A stretch of 62,598 bases of DNA, filler included, from a bacterium (GTDB lineage: Bacteria > UBP15 > UBA6099 > JAJRTR01), in NCBI GenBank assembly GCA_024278215.1. It is 7 parts of 7 records of this genome, joined end to end, with 100 filler letters (N's around TTAATTAATTAA, not from the genome) between each part and the next. Parts side by side here need not be neighbours in the genome. Positions count along the whole stretch, not along the records: positions 29,042 to 37,208 come from JAJRTR010000066.1; positions 37,309 to 42,109 come from JAJRTR010000068.1; 5 more parts are not named here. One strand, 5' to 3'. Below the pieces are notes generated by a model. That model saw nothing but the letters and a program-made list of their open reading frames with translations, made no database searches and was not told the origin of the DNA. This document shows positions 29,398-39,971 of the stretch, piece by piece (the first letter of the stretch is position 1; each line of letters opens with the position of its first letter). Made by a program: the position numbers and the translations under genes.

Positions 29398-30735
29398 ATG
29401 AAAACAACAGAGGCAATCAGGAAGTATATCGGCAGGATAAGAGGGAATGAACCCGTCGGAAGACATGATGGACTTGCGAGCACAGCGACAGGCTCGACTA
29501 ATGACGGCACAGCGGCGGACTCGGCCTACAGCGGTGCGGCGGCAATACAGAAAACCGGACCGGCCGCCCCGGCCTCCGCGCGCCGGGAAGTCGGCGTGGA
29601 CGTCGAGATCGCGCGCCAGCGCGGGCCGGGCGGTTTCGTCTCGTTCCGCAATCCCGACGATCTCGCCGCGGGCAAAGGGCTCGACACCTACGACCGCATG
29701 ATGACCGACGCGCAGGTGCGCATGGCCGTCAACTACAAGCGCTTCGCCGTCATATCGAGCGACTGGGAGATCGCCCCGGCCTCGGACTCGCCGGCGGATA
29801 AAGAAATAGCCGCGTTCGTGAAGTCGGCCCTCGACAATATGAACGGCTCGCTCGTGCAGGCGGTCTTCGGCATCATGAACGCCCTCGTGCACGGCTACTC
29901 GATCTCGGAGATGGTGTTCGAGCCGATAGAAAGCGGGGCGTTCGCGGGCAAGTGGGGCCTGCGCGCCGTCAAGCCGAAACACCCGGAAGATTATGACTTC
30001 GACCTGGACCGTTTCGGCAACATCAAGTCGCTGCTGCTGACAGACGAGAACAGCAAACAGACGAAAGTGCCCGCGTGGAAATTCGCCCTGTATACATATC
30101 TGCCGGAGTTCGGGCGGCCATGGGGGCGCAGCGACCTGCGGGCCGTCTACAAACACTGGTGGTCGAAAGACTTCCTGCTCAAATGGTGGAACATATACCT
30201 CGAAACATTCGGCGCGCCCACGCGCGTAGGCAAGTATCCGGCCGGCTCGACCAGCGTCTCGAAACAAACCGACCTCAAGCGCGTGCTCCGCGACATCGTC
30301 AACAATACCGCCATCACGCTGCCCGACGACATGGACATCGAGTTTATCACAGCCGCGGGCAACGCCGGGTTCGAGACCGCCGTCGAGTACCACGACGCGC
30401 AGATCGTCAGGGGCATCCTCGGCCAGACACTCACCAGCAGCGAAGGCAAGCGCGTCGGCTCGCTCGCGCTCGGCAACGTGCACCAGGAAACGATGGAAGA
30501 CTACGTCACATTCCTCCGGCGCGACATCGCCGAATCTGTGATGCGCGAGCAGATAATCCGGCGGCTCGTCGAGTTCAACTATTCGGGCGTCGACACGCTG
30601 CCGCGCTTCGTGTGGCAGCCGCGCAAGGGCAAGATTGTGATGTCGTCCGTCTCGGATATCGCCACACTCATCGACACCGGCATCGTCACCAGCGACGACT
30701 TCGCCGCGCTGCGCGAGCGTCTCGACCTGCCGTGA
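29398..30735 (+). CDS. Portal protein, DUF935/Mu gp29-like
   Basis: YDRM..D.QV, A..HGYS..E, PWGRS.LR..Y..W..K, ETFGAP..VGKY, ILGQTLTS..G..GSLALG.VH. Confidence 0.92.
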   Translation: MKTTEAIRKYIGRIRGNEPVGRHDGLASTATGSTNDGTAADSAYSGAAAIQKTGPAAPASARREVGVDVEIARQRGPGGFVSFRNPDDLAAGKGLDTYDRMMTDAQVRMAVNYKRFAVISSDWEIAPASDSPADKEIAAFVKSALDNMNGSLVQAVFGIMNALVHGYSISEMVFEPIESGAFAGKWGLRAVKPKHPEDYDFDLDRFGNIKSLLLTDENSKQTKVPAWKFALYTYLPEFGRPWGRSDLRAVYKHWWSKDFLLKWWNIYLETFGAPTRVGKYPAGSTSVSKQTDLKRVLRDIVNNTAITLPDDMDIEFITAAGNAGFETAVEYHDAQIVRGILGQTLTSSEGKRVGSLALGNVHQETMEDYVTFLRRDIAESVMREQIIRRLVEFNYSGVDTLPRFVWQPRKGKIVMSSVSDIATLIDTGIVTSDDFAALRERLDLP

Positions 30736-30891
30736 GCGGTTATATCATATTCTCCTTGTCTCCGGTGTTCTTTACAATAAAGAGCAAAAGGCACAAAGAA
30801 AAGAAACTTGACCACCGCCGCAGCCAATAAGCCGACAGGCAAAGAGAGTAGTCTACGGCATCTGCGCAGAACCAAGAACGAACAATCATTT

Positions 30892-31069
30892 GAGCCGATT
30901 GCAAAATTCTGATTCTGCTGCGGTCGGCTGCTATTGCCCATAGCTGCGTTGTCGGCACAAAATCGTCCTCGACGTACTCTACAAGTACGCCTGCGAGGAT
31001 TTTACACCTCCGCCTTGCTCTGAACAATTTCGCTCGACCTCGCTACGAACATAATTTTGCAATTGGCTC
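30892..31069 (-). mobile_element. MITE family A
   Basis: Full-length copy. Confidence 0.85.
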
Positions 31070-31196
31070 ATTGGAATTTTGTTATCATCACTGACATTCG
31101 AGGAGTTCTTGGACAGAGTTGAAAATTTCATAAAAGAGAATTACCCGGATTACGAGAAATATCTCAGGTATCTGGAATGAGCCGGGCACGCCGTTT

Positions 31197-31378
31197 TAGC
31201 CCGGATTTCTCACAAAGAAATCCGGAAAACCGGGATAACGCCTGTTCTATTGCGTTGCGATGGCGATTCGGGATCGGTCACATACTTACAGTATGCTCCC
31301 TCACCACTCACTTGCCGCGCCTTGTATTATAGGCGTTCTTCCGGTTTTCAAACCCGCATTTGTGAAATATGCGGGTTA
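31197..31378. repeat. Repeat/MITE family D
   Basis: Homologous to 20075-20279. Confidence 0.75.
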
Positions 31379-31498
31379 GAAGCGAGTTGCCGATGAGGGA
31401 AATGTGTTTGCAGTATTCGCTTGCGCATTTCCCTCTCAACCATTATCCTTCAATCAGGTATTTATCCTTATATTCAAAACGGCATGAGGTGTTCCGGC

Positions 31499-32147
31499 AT
31501 GAAATTTCGAAAATTTCTTATAGGATGCGGCGCAACGATTATTATTGCCCTTAGTATTTGTGGTGCATATAGTATATATCGATTTATCCTTACCTATCTT
31601 TCAACCTTACGATTCAGACTGGCCGCGACTGAGTGAAAAGGATCAGAAGTTCATTGATGATGTCTCGAACATGATGACGGATGCGGGGCTTTTTACCGTA
31701 CACAACGATAATGATGATGAACTTGCGCAGGAGATAGACAAAGTGCGTGAATTAGAAAAGTATGTCAAAAGTAAGGAAGGCTATGTATTTGATTCCGGAG
31801 CCGTATTCAGAGAAGCTTCTTCTTTCCACATATTGACAGTGGAAGCCTATATCAAGGCTTACGATTCATACGGCGAATGCGATAAGGTCTATGAGCTTAT
31901 GCCTGAATTCATAAGTATGATAAATGATGACTACCAGATAGTGGAATTATTCACCGGAGAAACAACCGATCCTGAAATGGAGACGAGTGAAGAATACTAT
32001 GAGAAAAAAATAGATGAAGATGCTTTTTTAATAAGTTTATTGAGAGATCTCAAATGCAAAAGCTGTGGAATTCAGCCACATCCGTATTGGCGCCTCAAGG
32101 GGAGTTGTAACCCTGGCGCGCCACCGGATGAACCCGGCGTTGATTAG
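31499..32147 (+). pseudogene. Membrane-anchored acidic protein with a frameshift near 31590
   Basis: Signal-anchor ORF MKFRKFLIGC... overlaps the second-frame ORF ...PIFQPYDSDW; could be a sequencing error. Confidence 0.5.
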
Positions 32148-32325
32148 AATACCCCGCAGGATAGAAAAAGTTCCCTAAAAGAACATTGTGTAAGATCTGG
32201 GAAGATCTGGGGACACCATACACAATTATTTGCAATATAAGATTATTTTTGACGCAAACGGCACTATCAGAAAATCCTGGAATGCAAAAACGTCAGTTTT
32301 TGCGAAATGCGACTTCTTCACAGTT

Positions 32326-32397
32326 GCAACGACACAGTCGTTGCATTCCAGAAATTTCAGATGTACTGTTGCGAGCAGTTACCCGTGAACGGATACA
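32326..32397 (+). repeat. Short repeat family F
   Basis: GCAACGA.ACAGTCGTTGCATTCCAGAAATTTCAGATGTAC...GAACGGATAC; second copy at 52819-52889. Confidence 0.8.
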
Positions 32398-32508
32398 GTG
32401 GTTTTGCGAAAAGCGGGATAGGTACCGCAAAAAACAGCGTTACCAGGCCCTGTTTTTCGCACATTAAAAATGTGGTTGTTTTTAACCCACTTTTATGTCG
32501 CACATCCC
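32398..32508. mobile_element. MITE family B, one end lost
   Basis: Near-identical to 17727-17828. Confidence 0.8.
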
Positions 32509-32680
32509 ATAACGGCGAAAAGGATGCACAAAAGCGCAAGCGTGGATATAATATCTGTATCCCGGAGGGGAAGCGCGGCGCGTGTCGTGGGGGGGCTCTC
32601 CTTATTGAGGCCGGGAAATCGTGACTATCCTGTCCTGAGTCCTGAGTATACGGGACGGCAGGCGCGGAGACAGCGGAATA

Positions 32681-33262
32681 TTGATTGACGACGGCACTAT
32701 AATGGACCGGCTGTGCGAACAGCTTGTGGCTGCTGCGGCGGACTACGATGCGGCGCGTCACGACCTCGACGATATTGTCGAGTTGTTTATTACGGACATA
32801 AAACAGAACCTCAGGTTGTATGTGTTCAACAATATCAAGCGGGAACTCACAAAGAATCCGCGCCGACTGGAAGATATAGACGAGGTGAAGTTGCGACAAC
32901 TCCGCGGCGAACTCGAGCAGCCGCTGTATGATGAAACCGAGCGAATCGTAGCCATACTGCGCGATTTCCCCGGCTGGTACGATCTTGACACTGTATATAT
33001 AGATGTTTCTTCAAAAGTGTGGAGAGCAGTCAAGTCGGTCGAAACACCTGTCAATAGAATTCTGAAGAAGTTCGACATCTCATCAATAAATATGAAGAAC
33101 TGGACATGGTTGTCCGAAGACATCAACAGGCTGGCGACCGAGCACTTTCCGGGAACCAAGAAGGAGTATATCGAAAGAAAGAAGAAGTATGCTTATCTCG
33201 AGGACAGATACCGGGAAGAGGAGCGACTCGGGAACGCTATAGAAAGGCTCGAAGGCTTATAG
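32681..33262 (+). CDS. Hypothetical helical protein
   Basis: 193-aa ORF with plausible composition; no motif recognised. Confidence 0.6.
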   Translation: MIDDGTIMDRLCEQLVAAAADYDAARHDLDDIVELFITDIKQNLRLYVFNNIKRELTKNPRRLEDIDEVKLRQLRGELEQPLYDETERIVAILRDFPGWYDLDTVYIDVSSKVWRAVKSVETPVNRILKKFDISSINMKNWTWLSEDINRLATEHFPGTKKEYIERKKKYAYLEDRYREEERLGNAIERLEGL

Positions 33263-33445
33263 CGCGACCTGTGCGGATTTTCGGGGGCATGATGTGGCTT
33301 CACGCTTTATTCGCAAGGAATTGTTATATGTCTCCGCGGGGTGGCAACGAATCATGTGTGCCAGGCCCGATCTGTTTTTGTTTGGGGGCGAACAACACTT
33401 TGACAGCATTCCGAGCGGTCCCGACGGTGTGTGCTGTATTGCAAA

Positions 33446-35947
33446 ATGACGATAATTACGAAGACAAATTCAGGCCGGGCTTATCCCGTGTTTATGCTGC
33501 TGTTTTTCAGTTGCGCTCTTTTTAGCTTTACGGCGGCTTTGCCCTGTTATGGGCTTGTTGTCGCCGAGCGTGCAGGCATTCTTTATGTGAGCGGAACAAC
33601 GGTGCGTGTGCAATATGATCTGGAGTCGGGCACTTTCGATCTTCTGAGGCCGAGTGGTGAAGTAGTCATAAAGGGTGGAACAGCCGAGGCGCTGCTGTCC
33701 GGCGATGCGGGCGAAATGTATATCACGATGGCCGGCGCGGGACGGCTTGCGTGGTTCTATTCTCCTATTGAAGATATACACGGAAAAGGGATCGAGGCGA
33801 CAGTCGTCCTGCACGGCAGCGGCCCCGCGCCGGACTTTTCTCATTCGATCCGTATGTACGAGACCGCTCCGTTTATCATTTTCAGCGCGGCGGTGGAGAA
33901 TTTTTCGACACACACGTTTTTTGTCGAACGTATTTCGCCGCTTGCGCTGAGAAGCGCTGACGGCGGCGGCCTGTTCCTGGGGCTCGATCCGGAGAATGTA
34001 AGGATCGCAGGCGGCGGAGGCACAGGCTCCGCGGGCGGTCTTCCCCCGGGCGGAAGCGGGCAGGGCGCGTCGAAAGAGGTGCAGCCTGAACAGGGGAATA
34101 TGTTCGCGGCCTTATTTGATCCGCCGTCGGAGAGGGGCCTTGTCGGCGGCTTCCTGAGCGCGGCGACGGGCGAGCCCTTTTTTGAGATTGCGAAAACCGG
34201 CGACACGCCTGTTGAGGATGTGCGGACAGGACGCGCAGGTGTCGCGAAATTCATCGCGTCATCCGGATATTTTCCTTCAAAAAGCGTGCCGCAAAACAAT
34301 GTGTTGAATTCGGAATCTCTTTATTTTGAGATCGCGTGGCAGGAACCGTTCGATGCGATGACCCGTTATGCGGAAGCTGTCGCGGCGGAGAATCACGTCG
34401 GCCAGGATGTGCTTCGCGCACAATCATACTGGTCGAGCGGCACACAAAACAGCGGGAAAGTGAATACCCCTGAAGCAATTAAAAAGAACATCGACGCGGC
34501 GACAGCGAAGTTCGGCGCTTTCGGGCTGGACGCTATCGAGATCGGACCCGGATGGCAGTCGAACTTCGGGGATTGGGAGCCTTCCGCCGTATTTTCCGGC
34601 AAGATGAAATCTCTCGCGGCTTACGCGAAGCTGAACGGGTTTAAACCGTCGATCTGGATATCACCTTTTCTTGTTGATCTCGATTCGAAAGTGTATAGAG
34701 ATCACCCGGAATGGATTATAGAAAAGTTGTCGCCATGGGCAAACGCGAGAATGCCCGCGGGCAGGGCGGCGCTTGATATGTCACGCGCCGACACACGCGA
34801 ATATGTCGGCGGGATCATTCGAAAGCTCACAGCCGACTGGGGGTTCGAGTCGCTCAGGATCGAAGTGCATCCGTGCGCGCTCGGGGCGGTGGCATACAAC
34901 GCGGGCGGCAGGACCCGGATCGAGATTTTCAGGAAAGCGCTTCGCGCAATAAGAGCGGCGGCAGGCGAAGGTGTGAGAATGTCCGTCGAAGGCGCGCCGC
35001 CGGAGTTCAGTATCGGAATCGCTGATGCCGCCGGTCTGGATACAGAGACCAGCCAGGTCCCGGCAGGAATTGCAGAGACGGACGATTTCCTGGAACGGCG
35101 GCTTTTCGGGAATGATAGTTTACCCTTCTTTAACGGCAGTGTTCTGATATCGTCCTCCGGCAGAATCCCGGCATACGCGGGTGACGAAGACCCCGGGCGG
35201 AAACAGGAGGCGGGTGTCGACGATGAATACATGTCGTTGATAAACGCCACAGCGATAATCGGCGGCGACATACGTATCGAGGAGGCTCCGGTTGATATCT
35301 CGCCTGCCGTGCTGAACGTTATCCGAAGGATACTGCCCATCGGTGCGCGCGCGGCTGTTCCGGTCGGTCTTTTCACGAACGAATACCCGGATGTTTACGC
35401 ACTGAAGGCATCGAAGACGCACGATGTGCTGACCGCGACCGTCTTCAACCGCGACATTCTGCCGGACACAGACAGCGCGGCGAACACGAGCAATACCATT
35501 CATTTCTATTTCAGCCGCCTCGGACTTGCGCCAAACAGCGAGTGCCTGATATACGACTTCTGGAATGACGAATATCTCGGCAGTCACAAATTCGGATACT
35601 CGGCAACCCTCGCGCCGGGTGCCTCGAAAGTACTGACCATTCGTGAAATCACGGGAAGGCCACAGTTGCTGTCGACCAACAGACACTTCCCCGGTGAAGG
35701 TTCCGGCATCCTCTCCGTCGAGTGGAACAGCGAATTACTTTTTCTCAAAATTAAAATACAAACAATATCCGGGTTCGAGCACAGAATAACATTCTATATT
35801 CCTGAAGGGTTCACTTTGTTGAAAACGGCGCTCGACGGAAAGGAAACCGACGGCAATTACGATCAGAAAAGACACATTCTCGAACTCCGTTTTACGCCCG
35901 CCGCGACAGGCACCGCCGAATGGAAGCTGGATTTCGGAAAGAAGTAA
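33446..35947 (+). CDS. Secreted GH36 (alpha-galactosidase)-like protein with degenerate catalytic motifs
   Basis: YWSS, IGPGWQ..FGDW, GFKPSIWISPF, HPEW, LDMS, YDFW, PQLLSTNRH. Confidence 0.75.
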   Translation: MTIITKTNSGRAYPVFMLLFFSCALFSFTAALPCYGLVVAERAGILYVSGTTVRVQYDLESGTFDLLRPSGEVVIKGGTAEALLSGDAGEMYITMAGAGRLAWFYSPIEDIHGKGIEATVVLHGSGPAPDFSHSIRMYETAPFIIFSAAVENFSTHTFFVERISPLALRSADGGGLFLGLDPENVRIAGGGGTGSAGGLPPGGSGQGASKEVQPEQGNMFAALFDPPSERGLVGGFLSAATGEPFFEIAKTGDTPVEDVRTGRAGVAKFIASSGYFPSKSVPQNNVLNSESLYFEIAWQEPFDAMTRYAEAVAAENHVGQDVLRAQSYWSSGTQNSGKVNTPEAIKKNIDAATAKFGAFGLDAIEIGPGWQSNFGDWEPSAVFSGKMKSLAAYAKLNGFKPSIWISPFLVDLDSKVYRDHPEWIIEKLSPWANARMPAGRAALDMSRADTREYVGGIIRKLTADWGFESLRIEVHPCALGAVAYNAGGRTRIEIFRKALRAIRAAAGEGVRMSVEGAPPEFSIGIADAAGLDTETSQVPAGIAETDDFLERRLFGNDSLPFFNGSVLISSSGRIPAYAGDEDPGRKQEAGVDDEYMSLINATAIIGGDIRIEEAPVDISPAVLNVIRRILPIGARAAVPVGLFTNEYPDVYALKASKTHDVLTATVFNRDILPDTDSAANTSNTIHFYFSRLGLAPNSECLIYDFWNDEYLGSHKFGYSATLAPGASKVLTIREITGRPQLLSTNRHFPGEGSGILSVEWNSELLFLKIKIQTISGFEHRITFYIPEGFTLLKTALDGKETDGNYDQKRHILELRFTPAATGTAEWKLDFGKK

Positions 35948-35974
35948 ATTTTATGGAAACGGTGTGATGCACGA

Positions 35975-36955
35975 GTGCCGGCGAATCTGACACCTGACTA
36001 TCACAGGGCTGAAAGACAGTTCAGGGAAGCGGCGACGCCCGAAGAGAAGATCGAGGCGCTCGAGTTGATGCTTGCTGTTATCCCCAAACACAAAGGCACC
36101 GATAAGCTACAGGGCGACCTGAAGAAACGTCTCAGCAAACTGCGCAACCAGGAAGAAAAGAGAACCGGGAAGCGCGACCTTTTCCGGTTCCCCCGCGAGG
36201 GTGCGGGCCGCGCGCTCCTGGTGGGCGTGCCCAACACCGGCAAGTCCTCGCTTCTCGCGGCTCTTACAAACGCCGCGCCGGACATCGCGAACTATCCTTT
36301 CACTACGACCAGACCCGCGCCCGCCATGATGCCGTTCGAGGACATAATGGTGCAGCTTATAGACACCGGCCCCGTGACGGATGGCCGCATCGAGAACTAT
36401 CATCCCAATCTGGCACGCGGCGCCGACCTCCTCCTGTGTGTCGTCGACCTGGCATCGCCCGACCCGGCGGCGCAGTTCCACGAGACCGCCGCTGTTTTCG
36501 AACGTGTGAATATCGGTTTTGTTCACGACCTGCCGGAAAACATATCGCCATTCGGCATCACGCCCGTGAAGACGATAATCGTCGCCGCGAAATACGATCA
36601 GGACGAAGACGACATCCTGCTGGACGACTTCAAAGATACGGCGACGACGAACCTGGAGATATGCCCGGTATCCGCCGTAACCTGCGCCGGAATCGAGGAA
36701 CTTCGGGAAATGATCTTCAGGAGACTGGACGTTGTCAGAATCTATTCGAAGATTCCGGGCAGGACGGCGGAAATGAAATCGCCGTTTACCCTCCCCGCAG
36801 GCAGCACCGTGCAGGATGTCGCGAGAATGGTGCATAAGGATTTTGCCGACAACCTGCGTTATGCGAGAATCTGGGGCTCCGAGCGTTTCGACGGCCAGCA
36901 GGTGCAGCGCGACTACATCGTACGCGACAGGGACATAATCGAATTGCACATGTAG
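35975..36955 (+). CDS. OBG/DRG-family GTPase with TGS domain
   Basis: MPANLTPDY, PKHKGT, GVPNTGKS, YPFTT, C-terminal TGS. Confidence 0.92.
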   Translation: MPANLTPDYHRAERQFREAATPEEKIEALELMLAVIPKHKGTDKLQGDLKKRLSKLRNQEEKRTGKRDLFRFPREGAGRALLVGVPNTGKSSLLAALTNAAPDIANYPFTTTRPAPAMMPFEDIMVQLIDTGPVTDGRIENYHPNLARGADLLLCVVDLASPDPAAQFHETAAVFERVNIGFVHDLPENISPFGITPVKTIIVAAKYDQDEDDILLDDFKDTATTNLEICPVSAVTCAGIEELREMIFRRLDVVRIYSKIPGRTAEMKSPFTLPAGSTVQDVARMVHKDFADNLRYARIWGSERFDGQQVQRDYIVRDRDIIELHM

Positions 36956-37002
36956 ACCCCCGGTTCGCCGTGCGCGGCAATTGGCTTTTGTGGAAACAAA
37001 TA

Positions 37003-37208
37003 ATGAAGCGTTTTTTCAAAACAATATATATCGCGTCTTTCTGGCTGATCTGCATCGCTATGGCACCGCTTGTGGCGACAGGTTTTTTCTTCAGCGTCGG
37101 CTATCTATTCGTGGCCGCGTTCATTTTTGTGTGTCTCTACAAAGGTGTCCCGCGCGTTATTAAAAAATCGCGGTTCAAATCGTTCCGCGCCGCATTTTTC
37201 ACTACCGA
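37003..37208 (+). CDS. Membrane protein (3' truncated)
   Basis: Two hydrophobic segments; runs into the gap. Confidence 0.45.
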
Positions 37209-37308
37209 NNNNNNNNNNNNNNNNNNNNNNNNNNNNNNNNNNNNNNNNNNNNTTAATTAATTAANNNNNNNNNNNNNNNNNNNNNNNNNNNNNNNNNNNN
37301 NNNNNNNN
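37209..37308. other. Artificial contig linker
   Basis: N run with TTAATTAATTAA. Confidence 0.98.
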
Positions 37309-37538
37309 AATAAGTGCATCCTTTGCCGGTTCTAAACCTCCTTCCCTTTTGCCTTCTCCTCTCTGAAGATTTTCCATCCTTATCTCGATTCGACTGTTTG
37401 CCCTGTTGACTCCCTATGTTTCAGTCTGCTACCCTGTGAACGGTTACGATTTTTTATTGCGTCACACTACTACTGCGCATTATTAACGAGACATGACACT
37501 AACCCGTTTTGCTGAAATATGCGGGCTATGGGAGCGTC

Positions 37539-39089
37539 CTAAGCGCCGATCTCGCCGAACCCGAAAGCGATTATATAATTTACATGCAATCCCGGACAGG
37601 CGGCGATCATCGGACAACCCTCGCACCTGTCGCTGTGGTGGTAGTTGTAATTCAATATAAAATGCCTGCCCAGCTCTTCTAAGTCCCACCCGTTTTCTTC
37701 GGAGTGCAACAGGGGCGACAACCTGACCTTACGATTGAATATTTTTTCATTTATTATACACGGCGGCACATTTATGATTCCACCGTTCTCAGCAGTAAGG
37801 TCCGAGCGGAAACATCCGAAAAAAGCCTTCAGCGATGTGCCCTCATTGCAGCAATCGTCCGGAGACTCATAGTTCGCGCAAGCAAGTGAAATGCAGCCTG
37901 CGGGCGCTGCGGGCAGTCCTTCGTCGAGCAGCCGGGGCGCCGTGTGCCTGTCGAGGCATATCTCGAAGTTGAAAACAGAGGAGTCCCATTCATTGAATTC
38001 ATAAGGGAATCCGCGCGGCAGCTCGCGGAACAGGAGTGTCAAAGTGGTTTCGTTGTTTTCAGTGAATATATTGATCGGGAAATCCAGCGCAAGCTCCGGC
38101 GGATCGAAAACCAGACCGGCCACACGCGCCGGGCGCAGCGCCGCCGCCGCGTCGAATGTCTTTTCATTGACAATATACTCCGCGCGCGTGTTTTTGCCGG
38201 TGCAGGCTGCCCGCGTCTCCGCCAGCGAGTCGCAGAACAATTGCATGTTGCACACAGCGCACCGCTCGCCGCGGCAGGGCACTTCGTTTCCATTTTCAAG
38301 GTAATCGAGGAACATCTCTCTGCGACCGTATATCTCGTCGTGTATCTTGGCGGGCGGCTGGATGAATCTCTCGAAACCCTCGAGCGCCGCGACAGGAACG
38401 CGGTTTGTCCAGAATGTTATGCCGTGCGTATCCGCCATCGAAAGCACGCCGCTCAGTGCCCGGCGCACATCTTTTCCATCCAGCATTAGCTTTTCCCGGT
38501 TCTCCCACGCGCCGCCGAACGGAACGGGATACAGCAGATCGAATTCGCGCACGCCGAACCTGTAGTAGAAATCGACGACATCTTTCAATTCGCCGATATT
38601 GAGCCTGCTCAGAACGATATCCACACTGACGACAAGCCCCGGTGTCGCGAGCGCGTTGCTCAGACCCGCCACCGCCTGGCGAAAACCATCTTTTATCCCC
38701 GTCAGTTCGCCGAAGACGTCCGCTTTGTGCGAGTGGAGTGAAAAAGTGATTTCTTTCAATCCGGCGGCCACTGCGTTTTTGAGAAAATCGGCATAGTAAA
38801 ACATACGACCGTTTGTAATCGTCTGCACCCAGGTGTAGCCTATGCGCGAAGCCGTTTTTACAATGGCCGTGAAGTCGGGGTGTATGGTCGGCTCGCCGCC
38901 GGAAATAATCACTCTTTCCGCGCCGCGTTCGATCCCGCGCCGCAGATCGGCCTCGACCGCTTCCATGTCGAGCAGCGTGCCGTCCAGCGAGTCCCTGTCG
39001 AGGCAGAACATGCACCTGTTGTTGCACGCTCTGGTTATCCTCACCCAGTGCCTTTTTTCAGACGCGGAATGTTCGTTTGCATTTTCCAT
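37539..39089 (-). CDS. Radical SAM protein with extra Cys clusters (HxsC-like)
   Basis: CNNRCMFC, SGGEPT, ITNGRM; CAVC...C and CEGC...CPG auxiliary motifs. Confidence 0.85.
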   Translation of the reverse strand: MENANEHSASEKRHWVRITRACNNRCMFCLDRDSLDGTLLDMEAVEADLRRGIERGAERVIISGGEPTIHPDFTAIVKTASRIGYTWVQTITNGRMFYYADFLKNAVAAGLKEITFSLHSHKADVFGELTGIKDGFRQAVAGLSNALATPGLVVSVDIVLSRLNIGELKDVVDFYYRFGVREFDLLYPVPFGGAWENREKLMLDGKDVRRALSGVLSMADTHGITFWTNRVPVAALEGFERFIQPPAKIHDEIYGRREMFLDYLENGNEVPCRGERCAVCNMQLFCDSLAETRAACTGKNTRAEYIVNEKTFDAAAALRPARVAGLVFDPPELALDFPINIFTENNETTLTLLFRELPRGFPYEFNEWDSSVFNFEICLDRHTAPRLLDEGLPAAPAGCISLACANYESPDDCCNEGTSLKAFFGCFRSDLTAENGGIINVPPCIINEKIFNRKVRLSPLLHSEENGWDLEELGRHFILNYNYHHSDRCEGCPMIAACPGLHVNYIIAFGFGEIGA

Positions 39090-39148
39090 TTGCCCGGATT
39101 ATAACCGACCTCGCTTTAAGCATAATTTCGCAGTTGGCCTTTATAATG

Positions 39149-39802
39149 TCACACTTTAAGGAATTTGTCGATTATCGCGTCTGTGAGTTCGTGGATGTGC
39201 TGTCTGCGCTCCGCGAGTTTGCCCTCCGACATCGGATCGTCCGCCATGAGGTTGTCCAGCAGCGGAGTATATGTGAAATAATTTATTATCATGCCGAATA
39301 TGGAAATGAAGAAGTGCTCCGCCGACAGCGGGCCTTTTTCCGGCAGTTTTTCACCGAAAATTTGCAGTCCCCACCTGTATACCGGCTCCATGTGCTGCAC
39401 CGTTTTTGTCAGTCCGCGCGAACTCGAGCACACTTCCCGCTGCACGAGCCGCGGGTAGCCCGGATTCGCCTCGAGCACGTCGATGTATGCGTCGATAACC
39501 GAATGTATCCGCTCCCGCGTCGACGCGCCGCCGCCCGAAAACCCCTGCACGATAGCGCGCGTGTGTTCCGCGTAGTAGCTGTCTATCACTGTGTCGAACA
39601 GGTCCTGCTTGTTCGTGAAATAATAAAAGATAAGGCCCTTCGCCGAATTCGCTTTCCTCGCGACATCGTTGATGCTCACCCCATCGTATCCGTGCTCGAT
39701 GAACAGTTCTTCAGCCGCCGCGAGAATCCGCTCCTTCGCGTCCGCCGGATGATCGCCGCCGTTTGCATTCACTGTTTTTTTGCTGTTTTTCTCTTTTTGC
39801 AT
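39149..39802 (-). CDS. TetR/AcrR regulator
   Basis: RILAAAEELFIEHGYDGVSINDVA...GLIFYYFTNKQDL. Confidence 0.93.
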   Translation of the reverse strand: MQKEKNSKKTVNANGGDHPADAKERILAAAEELFIEHGYDGVSINDVARKANSAKGLIFYYFTNKQDLFDTVIDSYYAEHTRAIVQGFSGGGASTRERIHSVIDAYIDVLEANPGYPRLVQREVCSSSRGLTKTVQHMEPVYRWGLQIFGEKLPEKGPLSAEHFFISIFGMIINYFTYTPLLDNLMADDPMSEGKLAERRQHIHELTDAIIDKFLKV

Positions 39803-39878
39803 TATTATTATATCTCCCGGGTTGATACGAACAGACTTTTGCAGGTAGCTCTGCCCCTCTGAAAATTGTAGCAGATGC

Positions 39879-39924
39879 TTGACCGCGCGGTCAATCAATG
39901 CTATCATACTAACCGTTCGGTCAG
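39879..39924 (+). promoter_or_regulatory. Sigma70 promoter overlapped by two TetR-type operators
   Basis: TTGACC-17 bp-TATCAT; perfect palindrome TTGACCGCGCGGTCAA and imperfect CTAACCGTTCGGTCAG. Confidence 0.75.
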
Positions 39925-39971
39925 AAACAGTGCGGCGACTGTATACGGCGTCGGGAAACGGGGAACAAACG

